Both the position numbers and the translations under genes were made by a program. The notes under the pieces are model-generated. The model did no database searches and was not told where the DNA came from. It worked only from the letters and a program-made list of their open reading frames with translations. From positions 2,000,408 to 2,032,407 of the forward strand of contig OW818668.1 in assembly GCA_942493105.1 (NCBI GenBank): a stretch of DNA of 32,000 nucleotides, given 5' to 3'. The DNA is from an uncultured Erysipelotrichaceae bacterium (GTDB taxonomy: Bacteria; Bacillota_I; Bacilli_A; Erysipelotrichales; Erysipelotrichaceae). Below are positions 1 through 8,852 of the stretch, piece by piece (the first letter of the stretch is position 1; each line of letters starts with the position of its first letter).

Positions 1-1
1 A

Positions 2-1411
2 TTTAGAATCACAGATTCTAAAACCATAGAATTTGAAGACAGTTGGAAAGCCTATATCTCCAATCCTGAAAATTCAGCCAACTTAACCCAAACTTTAAAA
101 TCTTATAAGGAAAGTAAATTCTTTCTATGCTTAAACAACAGCAGTGTGATCTATCGCGATATGGTTGTTCCAAAAGCCAGTCCTCGCTATCTTACTGCCT
201 TGATTCGTCATGAACTAACGCATACTTTAAATCTTAGCAATGATTTTCTAATGGATTATACAATTTTAGGAGATACTTTAAGTAATGGCAAAAAAATGCA
301 GAAGATCCTTGTCGCAACCATACTGGCCTCAAATCTAAACGAGATCCTAGAATACTTTGAAAAGATCGGTCTACAGATTTCTAAAGTCGATGTTTCACTA
401 AACAGTCTTATGAAATATGTCGACATCACAAAAATTGCCAGTAAAGAAAAAAACACTTTGATAACAGACATCAGTTCAAATTCGATTCGTCAGTATTTAT
501 TTGAAAAAGGTAAATACAGCTATTACAGAACAACCAAAATCACAGCTTATCAAGAATCAGAGGAACAACTTAGTTTAGAAAGTACAACCGAAATCATAGA
601 AAAAATGCTTCAATTTTCTTTATCTCTGGGTCAAAATTCTGGTATTGATCAAATCTACCTGTTTGGATCTTATCCTAAAATCGAACATCTTAAAATTTAT
701 ATGAATGAAACCCTTAATGTTGATACACAGGTCATTTCTAGACCCAAAATCCTACATGAGACCAAACGCAAACCATTCAATCATGTTTTTATCTATGCTT
801 TAGGATTACTCTTTTCACAACGCTTCAAACGTAAAAAAGACATCAATTTGATATCACCGTATAATGTCTTTTACTCTAAAAGCGCAAATGCCATCAACTT
901 TGATGCGATCTATAATTCTTTAGCCTTTGGATTAGGTTATCTTGCTTTATTTGGAATCGTCATCACGACTCTTCAAACCAATGCCGTCAATGCCAACATT
1001 AAAAAAATCAATGATTATTTTAATCGTCCTGACATCATACAAGCTTTAAGCGAAATCTCTGAAATGAAGGCCACGATTGCTTCACTTAATGAGATCACAA
1101 AGGAGCTCGATAGTATTCAACTTGTCCTTGACAGTATCCCCCGCTATACCGATCTTAAAATTCAAGATCTGATCTTGATCAAACCTACAGGTGTTGATTT
1201 TAGTAAAATTGCCTTTATTGATAATGTCATTACGATTTCAATCATAGCAGAAGACCCAAGTATGATTTATGAATATGTACTAGAACTTAGTGAAGTAGAA
1301 ACCTTTAGTAAGGTAACCTATACCAGTTATCAAATGGAGACCAATTCCAAAAAATATACATCAGAGATTCATTTGACATTAAGCGAGGAAACTAGCCATG
1401 AAAATAACTAA
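2..1411 (+). CDS. pilM: Type IV pilus assembly protein: PilM-like actin-fold domain fused to a PilN-like segment; 5' end lies outside the window
   Basis: The frame is open from nt 2 with no stop before the track's GTG at 146 (FRITDSKTIEFEDSWKAY...), so the gene is cut by the window edge. The N-terminal part resembles PilM (IYLFGSYPKIEHLKIYMNETLNV). It is followed in the same ORF by DINLISP (nt 839-859, like the PilN INLLP motif), one TM helix (LAFGLGYLALFGIVITTL) and a coiled-coil/periplasmic-type tail. Confidence 0.6.
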   Translation, partial: FRITDSKTIEFEDSWKAYISNPENSANLTQTLKSYKESKFFLCLNNSSVIYRDMVVPKASPRYLTALIRHELTHTLNLSNDFLMDYTILGDTLSNGKKMQKILVATILASNLNEILEYFEKIGLQISKVDVSLNSLMKYVDITKIASKEKNTLITDISSNSIRQYLFEKGKYSYYRTTKITAYQESEEQLSLESTTEIIEKMLQFSLSLGQNSGIDQIYLFGSYPKIEHLKIYMNETLNVDTQVISRPKILHETKRKPFNHVFIYALGLLFSQRFKRKKDINLISPYNVFYSKSANAINFDAIYNSLAFGLGYLALFGIVITTLQTNAVNANIKKINDYFNRPDIIQALSEISEMKATIASLNEITKELDSIQLVLDSIPRYTDLKIQDLILIKPTGVDFSKIAFIDNVITISIIAEDPSMIYEYVLELSEVETFSKVTYTSYQMETNSKKYTSEIHLTLSEETSHENN

Positions 1412-2045
1412 AAAAGACATCATGTATCTGAAGTGGCTTGGTCTATTTTTGGGCATCTATGTCTTTTGGACTTACTTATGGTTACCCATGAGTACAACAT
1501 TGAGTACTAAACAAGTTCAGCTTCAAGAACTTGAAACTCGATATATGGTCGCTGAACAAACGATACCGACACGAAATACGGTTAAAAATCTAGAGATGGA
1601 TGCGAAAGCAAAAGCCAAACTCAAATTCGAACAATTCTTTGATGTGCTTACACCGGCTCAAACAGAAGCAATCTTAGTTCCCATCATCAAAGCACATCGA
1701 GCTAAAATAAGTTACTTTCAAGTTTCTGATGCACAAGTCGTCGTACCTGAAACTACATTGAAACTTGAAGAACAACTTAGCTACAAAATCAAAGAATTGA
1801 TTGATCTCTACAACAATATGACCACACAAGATCCTAAGCTTCCGATCACTCAGTCTCAACTGCTAAAAACACAGATCACGTATTTGGTCGATGTATCTTT
1901 TGAAGACTATAAAGCTTTATTAAAGACCATTGATGATATGGAAGTAACGATCCTGCTTTCATCTTCTGAGTATGATTTCAATGATAAGGTTGCAGAAATG
2001 GTATTTGATATTTATTCTATAGAAAAAATAGATTTCGTCCAATAA
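1398..2045 (+). CDS. pilO: PilO-like bitopic pilus alignment protein
   Basis: It overlaps the upstream gene by 14 nt. It has an N-terminal TM helix (WLGLFLGIYVFWTYLWL), a coiled coil (KQVQLQELETRY) and a C-terminal globular part. It sits between pilM/N and pilB. Confidence 0.5.
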   Translation: MKITKKDIMYLKWLGLFLGIYVFWTYLWLPMSTTLSTKQVQLQELETRYMVAEQTIPTRNTVKNLEMDAKAKAKLKFEQFFDVLTPAQTEAILVPIIKAHRAKISYFQVSDAQVVVPETTLKLEEQLSYKIKELIDLYNNMTTQDPKLPITQSQLLKTQITYLVDVSFEDYKALLKTIDDMEVTILLSSSEYDFNDKVAEMVFDIYSIEKIDFVQ

Positions 2046-2137
2046 GAAAATCTTGATCATCTAAAATGTCCCATTATTTCATAAAGGCGTTTTTTGATGT
2101 AAAATGAAGCTTAGAAAACAAACACAGAGGTCCGTTT

Positions 2138-3796
2138 ATGAAGCATGCATCCCTAGAAGAAATGCTCGTCAATGAAAAGATCATTACTCAAGCTCAATTA
2201 GAAGAAGTCAATCTGATTCAGAAAGAAACAGGTCAGGCTACTTTTTATATCATCCTAGATCATCAGTTTGCCAAAGAAAAAGATGTTTTAAGAATCCTTG
2301 CTAAAAGTCTAAAAATGGATTTTGTTGACAACCTCATCAACAACATCAACACAGATGTGATACGTTCTTTTCCACAACAATTGGCTCAAAAATATAAAAT
2401 GTGCCCTTTAAGAGTTCATGAAGGAACCCTTACATTGGCTACCAGCAATCCATTTAACGTTACCGCAATAGAAGACATCAGTATGCTGATTGGACTCTCT
2501 ATCAACACAGTATTGTCTACCAAGACCGATATTGAAGTAGCCATCGATCGTCTTTATACAAAACGCAGTGAAAAGAATGAGCAAGGTGAAGACATCGCCA
2601 ATGAAGGTGATGAAGCTGAAAACGAAGCAACCGTAGAAACATCATCTGTAGTTAGGATCGTAAACAATCTGATCATCGATGCGTATAAAGTCAATGCCAG
2701 TGATATCCATATTGAACCAGAAGCCAACTTTACCAGAGTACGATTCAGAGTTGATGGTGATCTAATAAAGCATATCGATTTCGATAAAGAAAAACACTCT
2801 TTGATTTCTACCCGCATCAAGATCTTATCTGGCCTTAACATCGCAGAAAAACGCTTGCCTCAAGATGGCAGTTTCCAATTCAACCATGACTTTAAAAAAA
2901 TAGACATCCGAGTATCTACCTTACCAACCCCTTATGGCGAAAATATCGTCATGCGTCTTTTAGGGGCTGATCAAAACATCGAGTATTCATTGTCTGGTTT
3001 AGGAATTTCTCCCGCAACGATCATGACCATTGAGAAAGCCATTCGTGTTCCTCATGGGATCATTTTGGTCACAGGACCTACCGGTTCAGGTAAGACCACG
3101 ACCTTATATTCGATCTTAGCGAAATTAGCAGTTCCTACCAAAGCCATAAAGACCGTTGAAGATCCCATAGAACGAAAATTTGAAGGCATCACTCAAGTTC
3201 AAGTCAACCAAAAAGCTGGTTTGACTTTTGCGGCTGGTCTACGTTCAATTTTACGTCAAGATCCTGATATCATCATGATCGGTGAGATTCGTGATACAGA
3301 AACCGCAGAAATCGCCATCAGATCTGCCATTACCGGTCACTTGGTCTTATCGACCATCCATACCAATGATGCTTTATCTTCAGTCATACGTTTGGTCGAT
3401 ATGGGCATTGAGCCTTTTAAAGTAGGATCCTCATTGGTCTGTATTATTTCACAACGTTTGGTTAAAAAGATCTGTGTCCACTGTAAGAAAAAAGTTGACA
3501 TAAGCACAACTGAAGCTCGTTTACTCGCGACTGATTTAACCTATGTGTATGAAGGTGCAGGTTGTCCAAAATGCAACAATACCGGATATAGCGGCCGCTT
3601 AGCTGTCTTTGAGATCGTCTTGATTGATGGACACCTAGAAGATTTGATTTCTCGTGGTGCTTCATTAGAAGACCTTAGAAACTATGCTAAAGAGAAGAAG
3701 ATCCCAATGTTGAGAGATGAAGTTATGAACTATGTTCAAATTGGAACAACTACTGTAGAAGAAGCCTTACGTATCTTATATAATGTTGAAAACTAA
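2138..3796 (+). CDS. pilB: Type IV pilus extension ATPase PilB (GspE/PilB family)
   Basis: N-terminal T2SSE_N-type domain. Walker A GPTGSGKTTT, Asp box, Walker B DPDIIMIGEIRD, His box LSTIHTND. Tetracysteine C-x2-C ... C-x2-C (CVHCKKK ... CPKCNNTG). RBS AGAGG 7 nt upstream. Confidence 0.9.
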   Translation: MKHASLEEMLVNEKIITQAQLEEVNLIQKETGQATFYIILDHQFAKEKDVLRILAKSLKMDFVDNLINNINTDVIRSFPQQLAQKYKMCPLRVHEGTLTLATSNPFNVTAIEDISMLIGLSINTVLSTKTDIEVAIDRLYTKRSEKNEQGEDIANEGDEAENEATVETSSVVRIVNNLIIDAYKVNASDIHIEPEANFTRVRFRVDGDLIKHIDFDKEKHSLISTRIKILSGLNIAEKRLPQDGSFQFNHDFKKIDIRVSTLPTPYGENIVMRLLGADQNIEYSLSGLGISPATIMTIEKAIRVPHGIILVTGPTGSGKTTTLYSILAKLAVPTKAIKTVEDPIERKFEGITQVQVNQKAGLTFAAGLRSILRQDPDIIMIGEIRDTETAEIAIRSAITGHLVLSTIHTNDALSSVIRLVDMGIEPFKVGSSLVCIISQRLVKKICVHCKKKVDISTTEARLLATDLTYVYEGAGCPKCNNTGYSGRLAVFEIVLIDGHLEDLISRGASLEDLRNYAKEKKIPMLRDEVMNYVQIGTTTVEEALRILYNVEN

Positions 3797-3800
3797 ACTA

Positions 3801-3827
3801 AAAGTGCCAAAAATGGCACTTTTATTC
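3801..3827 (+). terminator. Rho-independent terminator after pilB
   Basis: Hairpin AAAGTGCCA-AAAA-TGGCACTTT followed by a T-rich run. Confidence 0.7.
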
Positions 3828-3920
3828 TTATTATCAGAATTTGCTTTTAATTTGAGCATAATGGTGGTAAGTTAAAATCGAGAATGGTAAAGTAACTTTA
3901 CTAAAAAGGAGAATATTCAT

Positions 3921-4700
3921 ATGGACATTAAATTTCAAAAGCTTAGACGTTTTAACTTAATCATGGGTCTATTTCATTTAGTTCAAGGGGTAGCCATGTT
4001 GTTTCTGGCAACCAGTGTGATTCAAAAAATCGCAGCATTTCAACCTACAGTCGTTCAGTATTTCTTACAATTCAATTTAGCAACACAATCTTTGGAACCA
4101 GCCGTTAAAGATTTGTTCCAGTTGCCCTTTGGCATCTTGGTTGCCAGTTTCTTATTGATTTCAGCGCTTGCACATGGTTTGATCTATCTCAGCGGTGATA
4201 AATACATCAATGATCTAAAGAAAGGCATCAATCAATTCCGTTGGTTTGAATATGCTTTCAGTTCTTCCATCATGATCGTCTTGATTGCTACCCTATTTGG
4301 CGTTTACGATATTGGCTCACTTGTTTTAATTTTCTTGGTCAATGCAGCCATGAATCTGTTTGGTTTAGATATGGAACTCATCAATGCCGGAACTAAAAAA
4401 GAAAAAGTAAACTGGGGTCCATTTATTTGGGGTTCAGTCGCAGGCTTAGCACCTTGGATCGTCATCTTATTGTATATGTTTGGCTCTGGTAATTTCGATA
4501 TGACCCCATGGTTTGTATGGGCCATCGTCGGGACCTACTTCGTTGCCTTCAATACCTTCCCCATCAACATGATCCTGCAATACAAACGTGTTGGAAAGTG
4601 GAAAGATTACCTCTACGGAGAACGTGTCTATATCATCTTAAGTTTAGCTGCTAAATCGATCTTGGCTTGGTTGGTTCTGTTTGGAGCCATGCAGCCTTAA
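3921..4700 (+). CDS. Heliorhodopsin (7-TM retinal-binding protein, inverted-topology rhodopsin family)
   Basis: 259 aa with 7 predicted TM helices. Motifs match my recollection of heliorhodopsin 48C12 along the whole length: FNLIMGLFHLVQG, NQFRWFEYAFSSSIMIVLIA, GERVYIILSLAAKSILAW. Schiff-base Lys K245 (nt 4653-4655), counter-ion Glu E110 (nt 4248-4250), His19 and His85 are present. RBS AAGGAG 9 nt upstream, with terminators on both sides. Confidence 0.8.
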   Translation: MDIKFQKLRRFNLIMGLFHLVQGVAMLFLATSVIQKIAAFQPTVVQYFLQFNLATQSLEPAVKDLFQLPFGILVASFLLISALAHGLIYLSGDKYINDLKKGINQFRWFEYAFSSSIMIVLIATLFGVYDIGSLVLIFLVNAAMNLFGLDMELINAGTKKEKVNWGPFIWGSVAGLAPWIVILLYMFGSGNFDMTPWFVWAIVGTYFVAFNTFPINMILQYKRVGKWKDYLYGERVYIILSLAAKSILAWLVLFGAMQP

Positions 4701-4715
4701 TCTTATGTTTATACA

Positions 4716-4742
4716 AAGGATGTCTTAGGCATCCTTTTTTTC
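4716..4742 (+). terminator. Rho-independent terminator after the heliorhodopsin gene
   Basis: AAGGATG-TCTTAGG-CATCCTT followed by a T run of about 8. Confidence 0.75.
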
Positions 4743-4841
4743 ATAATAAATAACGTTATGAATTTGTTGTCTGAAATTATTTATGATTCAGTTGAAATAA
4801 GAATAAGCGCTTTGAAGTATAATGAAGTCGAGGTATTTCTC

Positions 4842-5147
4842 ATGGAAAACATGGAACTGATTTGTTTCAACATCATATCAAATGCTGGTTCAGCTAAATC
4901 TTCTTTCTTAGATGCTTTAAGTGCCATCAAAATCAAACAGTTTGATTCAGCGAAATCAAAACTAAAAGAAGGCGAACATTATCTTAGAGAAGCCCACAAG
5001 ACTCATATGGGCATCATCTCGCAAGAAGCCAGTGGTATCAAAACCGAATTCTCACTCTTACTGATGCATGCGGAGGATCAAATCAATACCGCTGAGATCA
5101 TTAAGATCCTAGTCGATGAATTGATTCAACTGTATCCAAAAACATAA
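4842..5147 (+). CDS. PTS lactose/cellobiose-family EIIA component (orphan)
   Basis: Three-helix EIIA-Lac/Cel pattern (ELICFNIISNAGSAKSSFLDAL ... EAHKTHMGIISQEA ... LLLMHAEDQ). I prefer the ATG at 4842 (GAGG 8 nt upstream) over the track start at 4758. No EIIB or EIIC is nearby. Confidence 0.75.
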   Translation: MENMELICFNIISNAGSAKSSFLDALSAIKIKQFDSAKSKLKEGEHYLREAHKTHMGIISQEASGIKTEFSLLLMHAEDQINTAEIIKILVDELIQLYPKT

Positions 5148-5169
5148 AAAGCGACTCAAGTCGCTTTTT
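5146..5169. terminator. Bidirectional terminator shared by the convergent EIIA and helicase genes
   Basis: A5-AGCGAC-TCAA-GTCGCT-T5. The helicase stop codon TGA lies in the hairpin loop. Confidence 0.65.
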
Positions 5170-6469
5170 GTTTGTTTCTATGTCCATTTTGATAATTAGG
5201 TTTAGGACCCTCTTTTTTAAATGAAGCTGATGGATGTGGTTTTTGACGATGGAAGCGGGCTGGATCTTTATCCCCGAATTTCTTATCGACCGCTGCAGGT
5301 TTACTGGTAAAGACAGGCTCTGTCGGTCTGATACGATGACCACGCGGACTGAAAGGATGGTCATGAGTAATGGGGATCGACTTATTGATGAGCTTTTCAA
5401 TGTCTCTTAATAAGCCTCTTTCTTCTTCATCACAGAAAGATATGGCTGTACCACCAAGTCCTGCACGTCCTGTTCGTCCAATACGATGAACATAGGTTTC
5501 AGACACTTCAGGCAGATCATAAATCAACACATGGCTCAATTCATCGATATCCAATCCTCTGGCAGCGATGTCGGTTGCGACCAGAATTTTTGTTTTTCTG
5601 TCCTTAAAGGATTTCAAGGCAGCTTGTCTTGCATTTTGAGATTTGTTCCCATGAATGGCTAAAGCAGGCAAACCAGAGATCACCAGCGCTTTAACGATTT
5701 TGTCAGCACCATGTTTGGTTCTAGAGAAGACCAATACAGATTCAATATCTAAGGTTTTAAGCAGATGGATCAATAAATGGATCTTATCAGGTTTATTGAC
5801 GAAATAGAGCTGTTGATTGATCGTATCTACAGTAGAGGCAACAGGTGTTACTTCAACTTTAACTGGATTTTTTAAGATAGAATTGGATAATATGGCGATT
5901 TCTTTAGGCATAGTAGCTGAAAAGAACATCGTTTGTCTCACATGAGGCAAATATGAAATGATCTTACGTACATCATGGATCATCCCCATATCCAACATCA
6001 TATCTGCTTCATCCAAAACAAAGTATTTCACATGTTCAAGATGAATGAATTTCTGATTGATCAAATCAAGTAAACGACCTGGTGTAGCGACTAAAATATC
6101 AACGCCTCTAGCCAATTCATCGGTTTGAGGACGCTGAGAAACGCCACCATAGATCGCAATGGTCCTGGAATTTAAGTACTTCCCATAGGTCTTAAAACTG
6201 TCTTGGATTTGAATGGCCAATTCTCTGGTCGGTGCTAAAATCAAAGCTTGGATCTTTCTTGGTGTTTTGGATGCTCCGCTTAAGCCTTGAAGTATAGGAA
6301 TCGCAAATGCTGCAGTTTTTCCTGTGCCGGTTTGGGCAGTTCCTAAAAGATCTTTGCCTTCTAATAAAGGACCAATCGCTTGGGCCTGGATGGGTGTTGG
6401 GTCTTTATAACCTTCTTCTTTGAGTGCCCGTTGTATCGGGGCGATGATGTTTAAATTTTCAAATTGCAT
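5156..6469 (-). CDS. DEAD-box ATP-dependent RNA helicase (RhlE/CshA-like) with basic C-terminal tail
   Basis: Q motif, AQTGTGKTAAF, PTRELA, DEAD, SAT, HRIGRTGRAG. I prefer the ATG giving MQFENLNI (AAGGA RBS) over the track's GTG at 6487. Confidence 0.9.
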   Translation of the reverse strand: MQFENLNIIAPIQRALKEEGYKDPTPIQAQAIGPLLEGKDLLGTAQTGTGKTAAFAIPILQGLSGASKTPRKIQALILAPTRELAIQIQDSFKTYGKYLNSRTIAIYGGVSQRPQTDELARGVDILVATPGRLLDLINQKFIHLEHVKYFVLDEADMMLDMGMIHDVRKIISYLPHVRQTMFFSATMPKEIAILSNSILKNPVKVEVTPVASTVDTINQQLYFVNKPDKIHLLIHLLKTLDIESVLVFSRTKHGADKIVKALVISGLPALAIHGNKSQNARQAALKSFKDRKTKILVATDIAARGLDIDELSHVLIYDLPEVSETYVHRIGRTGRAGLGGTAISFCDEEERGLLRDIEKLINKSIPITHDHPFSPRGHRIRPTEPVFTSKPAAVDKKFGDKDPARFHRQKPHPSASFKKEGPKPNYQNGHRNKQKAT

Positions 6470-6564
6470 TTTTTCCTTATGACTCACTTCTGATGTCTGG
6501 GCAAAAGCCCATGATACTTTAACACATTTATGCCCATAAGTATCGTTTTAGGTCAAATAAGCCC

Positions 6565-7131
6565 TTATTCTCTGAAACATATCCCCTTTTGATCCATGGA
6601 TTCAATGATGGCCAAAGACTCAAGAAGATAACCTTTTTCTCTTAAGCTGGCCCCGCCTTCCTGAAATCCCTTTTCGATGACGATCCCGATCCCAACAACT
6701 TCAGCGTGGGCTTGATGGACCAAATCAATCAGACCATTCACAGCTTCTCCTTTGGCCAAGAAATCATCTATGATCAATATTCGCTCATTTTCATGAATAA
6801 ATGACTTATTGACTTGAACGATCGAAGTCTTATTTTTAGTATAAGAATGAATAAGCGTACTGTAGACAAGATGATGTTTGACTTCACCTTTTTTCGCAAA
6901 CACGACAGGCACTTTAAAATATTGGGCTGCGATAACTGCGATCGCAATACCTGATGCTTCTATGGTCAAGATCTTATCGACCTTTGATCCACCAAAGCGC
7001 TCATAAAAAGTTGCCCCAATTTCATTAAGAAGTTCAACGTCAATTTGATGATTGAGGAAACTGTCTACTTTTAAGATATTACCTGGGTATACTTTTCCTT
7101 CAGATAGAATTTTCTCTTTCAATGTTTTCAT
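6565..7131 (-). CDS. xpt: Xanthine phosphoribosyltransferase
   Basis: Collinear with Bacillus Xpt ([13 protein letters not shown] ... [13 protein letters not shown] ... [11 protein letters not shown]). Confidence 0.9.
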   Translation of the reverse strand: MKTLKEKILSEGKVYPGNILKVDSFLNHQIDVELLNEIGATFYERFGGSKVDKILTIEASGIAIAVIAAQYFKVPVVFAKKGEVKHHLVYSTLIHSYTKNKTSIVQVNKSFIHENERILIIDDFLAKGEAVNGLIDLVHQAHAEVVGIGIVIEKGFQEGGASLREKGYLLESLAIIESMDQKGICFRE

Positions 7132-7307
7132 ATGAACCTCTTAGATTCATTTTAAACGAATATTATAAAAAAACTAGAGTTTCATTTTGAAGCTTTCCTT
7201 ATGTTTCAATCTTTGAGTCAATTTGTCCAAGGAAATCTGATTCATACATATTATTTACTTACACTCTATACAAGCAAAAATAGGTGTGCTACAATACTTT
7301 CAGTATA

Positions 7308-7343
7308 GGTCCTTTAAATCAAGACGAGAGCTTGATAAGGTAC
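7308..7343 (+). promoter_or_regulatory. Putative PyrR-binding anti-antiterminator hairpin in the pyrP leader
   Basis: GGUCCUUUAAAUCAAGACGAGAGCUUGAUAAGGUAC has a lower stem CCUU/AAGG, an upper stem AUCAAG/CUUGAU and a purine-rich GAGAG loop. This resembles the Bacillus pyr leader motif UUUAA..CAG.CCAGAGAGGCUG.GAAGG as I recall it. Confidence 0.55.
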
Positions 7344-7362
7344 GATTTAAACCTTCAACTAG

Positions 7363-7393
7363 GGGTCCTTTATACAGAGGGACCCTTTTTTTT
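7363..7393 (+). terminator. Attenuator terminator in the pyrP leader
   Basis: 8-bp stem GGGTCCTT / AGGGACCC with a 7-nt loop, followed by T8, located 43 nt before the pyrP ATG. Its 5' arm repeats GGTCCTTTA from the PyrR hairpin (7308-7316 vs 7364-7372). AAGGUAC at 7337-7343 could alternatively pair with it as an antiterminator. Confidence 0.7.
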
Positions 7394-7435
7394 GAAAAAA
7401 ACCGGGACTATACGAAACTCAAAAGGAGAAAGAGT

Positions 7436-8758
7436 ATGAAAGACATTGTGCATGGTTATTTGCCGGATGAGAAGCCCCCGCTAGGGAAGCTGCTTGTTTT
7501 CGCCCTTCAACAGATTCTGGTTATGTTTCCAGCGACCGTCTTGGTTGCCTTACTGACTGGTTTCCATGTTTCCACCACGATTTTCGCTTCCGGTTTTGCA
7601 ACGCTTTGCTTTATTTTTATCACCAAAGGTAAGATTCCGCTGTATTATGGATCAAGTTTCTCGTATATCGCAGCCATCGTAGGGATCACTGGTGCCAAAT
7701 TTGGTACACCAGCACCTGATGCGTTGATTTCAGCTGCCCAGTTTGGGATCATCATGTCGGGTTTAGTTTCGATCGTAGCCGGTGTGATCGTATCTCGTTT
7801 TGGATTAGATAAAATTGAAAAAGTCTTGCCGCCTTCCGTAACTGGATCCATTGCGATCGTCATTGGGATCTCACTTGCTGCTACAGCTGTTACCAATGCG
7901 GGCAGTAATGGTGGAGGCGCAGTTACCAACATCAACTGGACCGCAGCCCTCATCACCTTATTCGCAACCATTCTGTTCTCAGTTTATCTCAAAGGGGTAT
8001 GGGCACAATTGCCGATCCTATTGGGAATCTTGGTTGGTTACGCTGTTAGCTTTGGTTTAGGTATGGTTGACTTATCCCAAGTGTTGGCTGGAAACATCAT
8101 TCAGGCTCCACACTTTACCTTACCCGACTTTACCGCATGGAATGCTGTGTTTGCCATCATGCCGATTGCGATCGCAACCATTCCTGAATCTACTGCACAT
8201 TTATTCCAATTAGATATTTATGTCAATGACTTAGCCAAGAAAAAAGGCAAGCCTCCAGTGAAGATTGCAGAAAAACTAGGATTGAATTTGATTGGGGATG
8301 GAGTAGGCGATATCGTATCTTCCTTGTTTGGTGGACCTGCTGGAACCAATTACGGTGAAAACTTATCCACAATGGCCATCACAAAGAACTTCTCAGTATG
8401 GGTCTTAGGTGCTGCAGCCATCATTACGATGATCATCTCCTTCTTGTCTCCATTAACGAACCTCGTCTTATCGATTCCTTCATCCGTCATCAACGGAGCT
8501 TGTATCTATCTGTTTGGGATCATTGGTGCACAAGGTGTCGCCATCATGATCGAAAGAAAAGTCGATATGTTCAGTTCTAAGAATCTAGCCGTCATCGCTG
8601 TTATCTTGACCATCGGTTTAGGTGGTAGTTACGGTTATCCAGGTGGAATGATTCCTTTGTTTGGAGGCAATTTCCCAGCCATCGCTACAGCGTCTGTTGT
8701 AGGGATCTTATTGAATCTTGCGTTGTCCTTTAAGAAAGATACGACAACAGTAGAATAA
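7436..8758 (+). CDS. pyrP: Uracil permease (NCS2/uracil-xanthine permease family)
   Basis: Polytopic NCS2 pattern (LQQILVMFPATVLVALLTG, PESTAHL, GENLSTMAITK). The ATG at 7436 has AAAGGAG upstream. The track's extension from 7286 is the regulatory leader. Confidence 0.8.
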   Translation: MKDIVHGYLPDEKPPLGKLLVFALQQILVMFPATVLVALLTGFHVSTTIFASGFATLCFIFITKGKIPLYYGSSFSYIAAIVGITGAKFGTPAPDALISAAQFGIIMSGLVSIVAGVIVSRFGLDKIEKVLPPSVTGSIAIVIGISLAATAVTNAGSNGGGAVTNINWTAALITLFATILFSVYLKGVWAQLPILLGILVGYAVSFGLGMVDLSQVLAGNIIQAPHFTLPDFTAWNAVFAIMPIAIATIPESTAHLFQLDIYVNDLAKKKGKPPVKIAEKLGLNLIGDGVGDIVSSLFGGPAGTNYGENLSTMAITKNFSVWVLGAAAIITMIISFLSPLTNLVLSIPSSVINGACIYLFGIIGAQGVAIMIERKVDMFSSKNLAVIAVILTIGLGGSYGYPGGMIPLFGGNFPAIATASVVGILLNLALSFKKDTTTVE

Positions 8759-8760
8759 TC

Positions 8761-8787
8761 CAAACCCCTTCGGGGGTTTTTTTATTG
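8761..8787 (+). terminator. Rho-independent terminator after pyrP
   Basis: AAACCCC-TTCG-GGGGTTT followed by a T run. Confidence 0.8.
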
Positions 8788-8852
8788 GTCTTTTTAATCA
8801 ACCTTCCCAACTTTATAAGTTATAATTAATCCATGTTAAACGAGGTTCACAC

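Noticed and set aside
2059-2100. 13-codon mini-ORF (MSHYFIKAFFDVK) between pilO and pilB, noticed because of the KAFF string shared with the Flp candidate
   Set aside because: It has no RBS and no hydrophobic segment. The similarity is four residues and most likely chance.
7132-7285. Possible guanine/purine riboswitch upstream of xpt (minus strand), as in Bacillus xpt-pbuX
   Set aside because: The reverse-complemented region lacks the conserved cores (UAUAAU..., UAUGG, UUUCUACC, CCGUAAA, GACUAUG). Only an Infernal scan could overturn this.
7286-7435. 50-codon N-terminal extension of the uracil permease given by the ORF track
   Set aside because: The extension contains an intrinsic terminator with T8 and a PyrR-like hairpin. 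A strong AAAGGAG RBS precedes the internal ATG at 7436, which gives a normal permease N-terminus.
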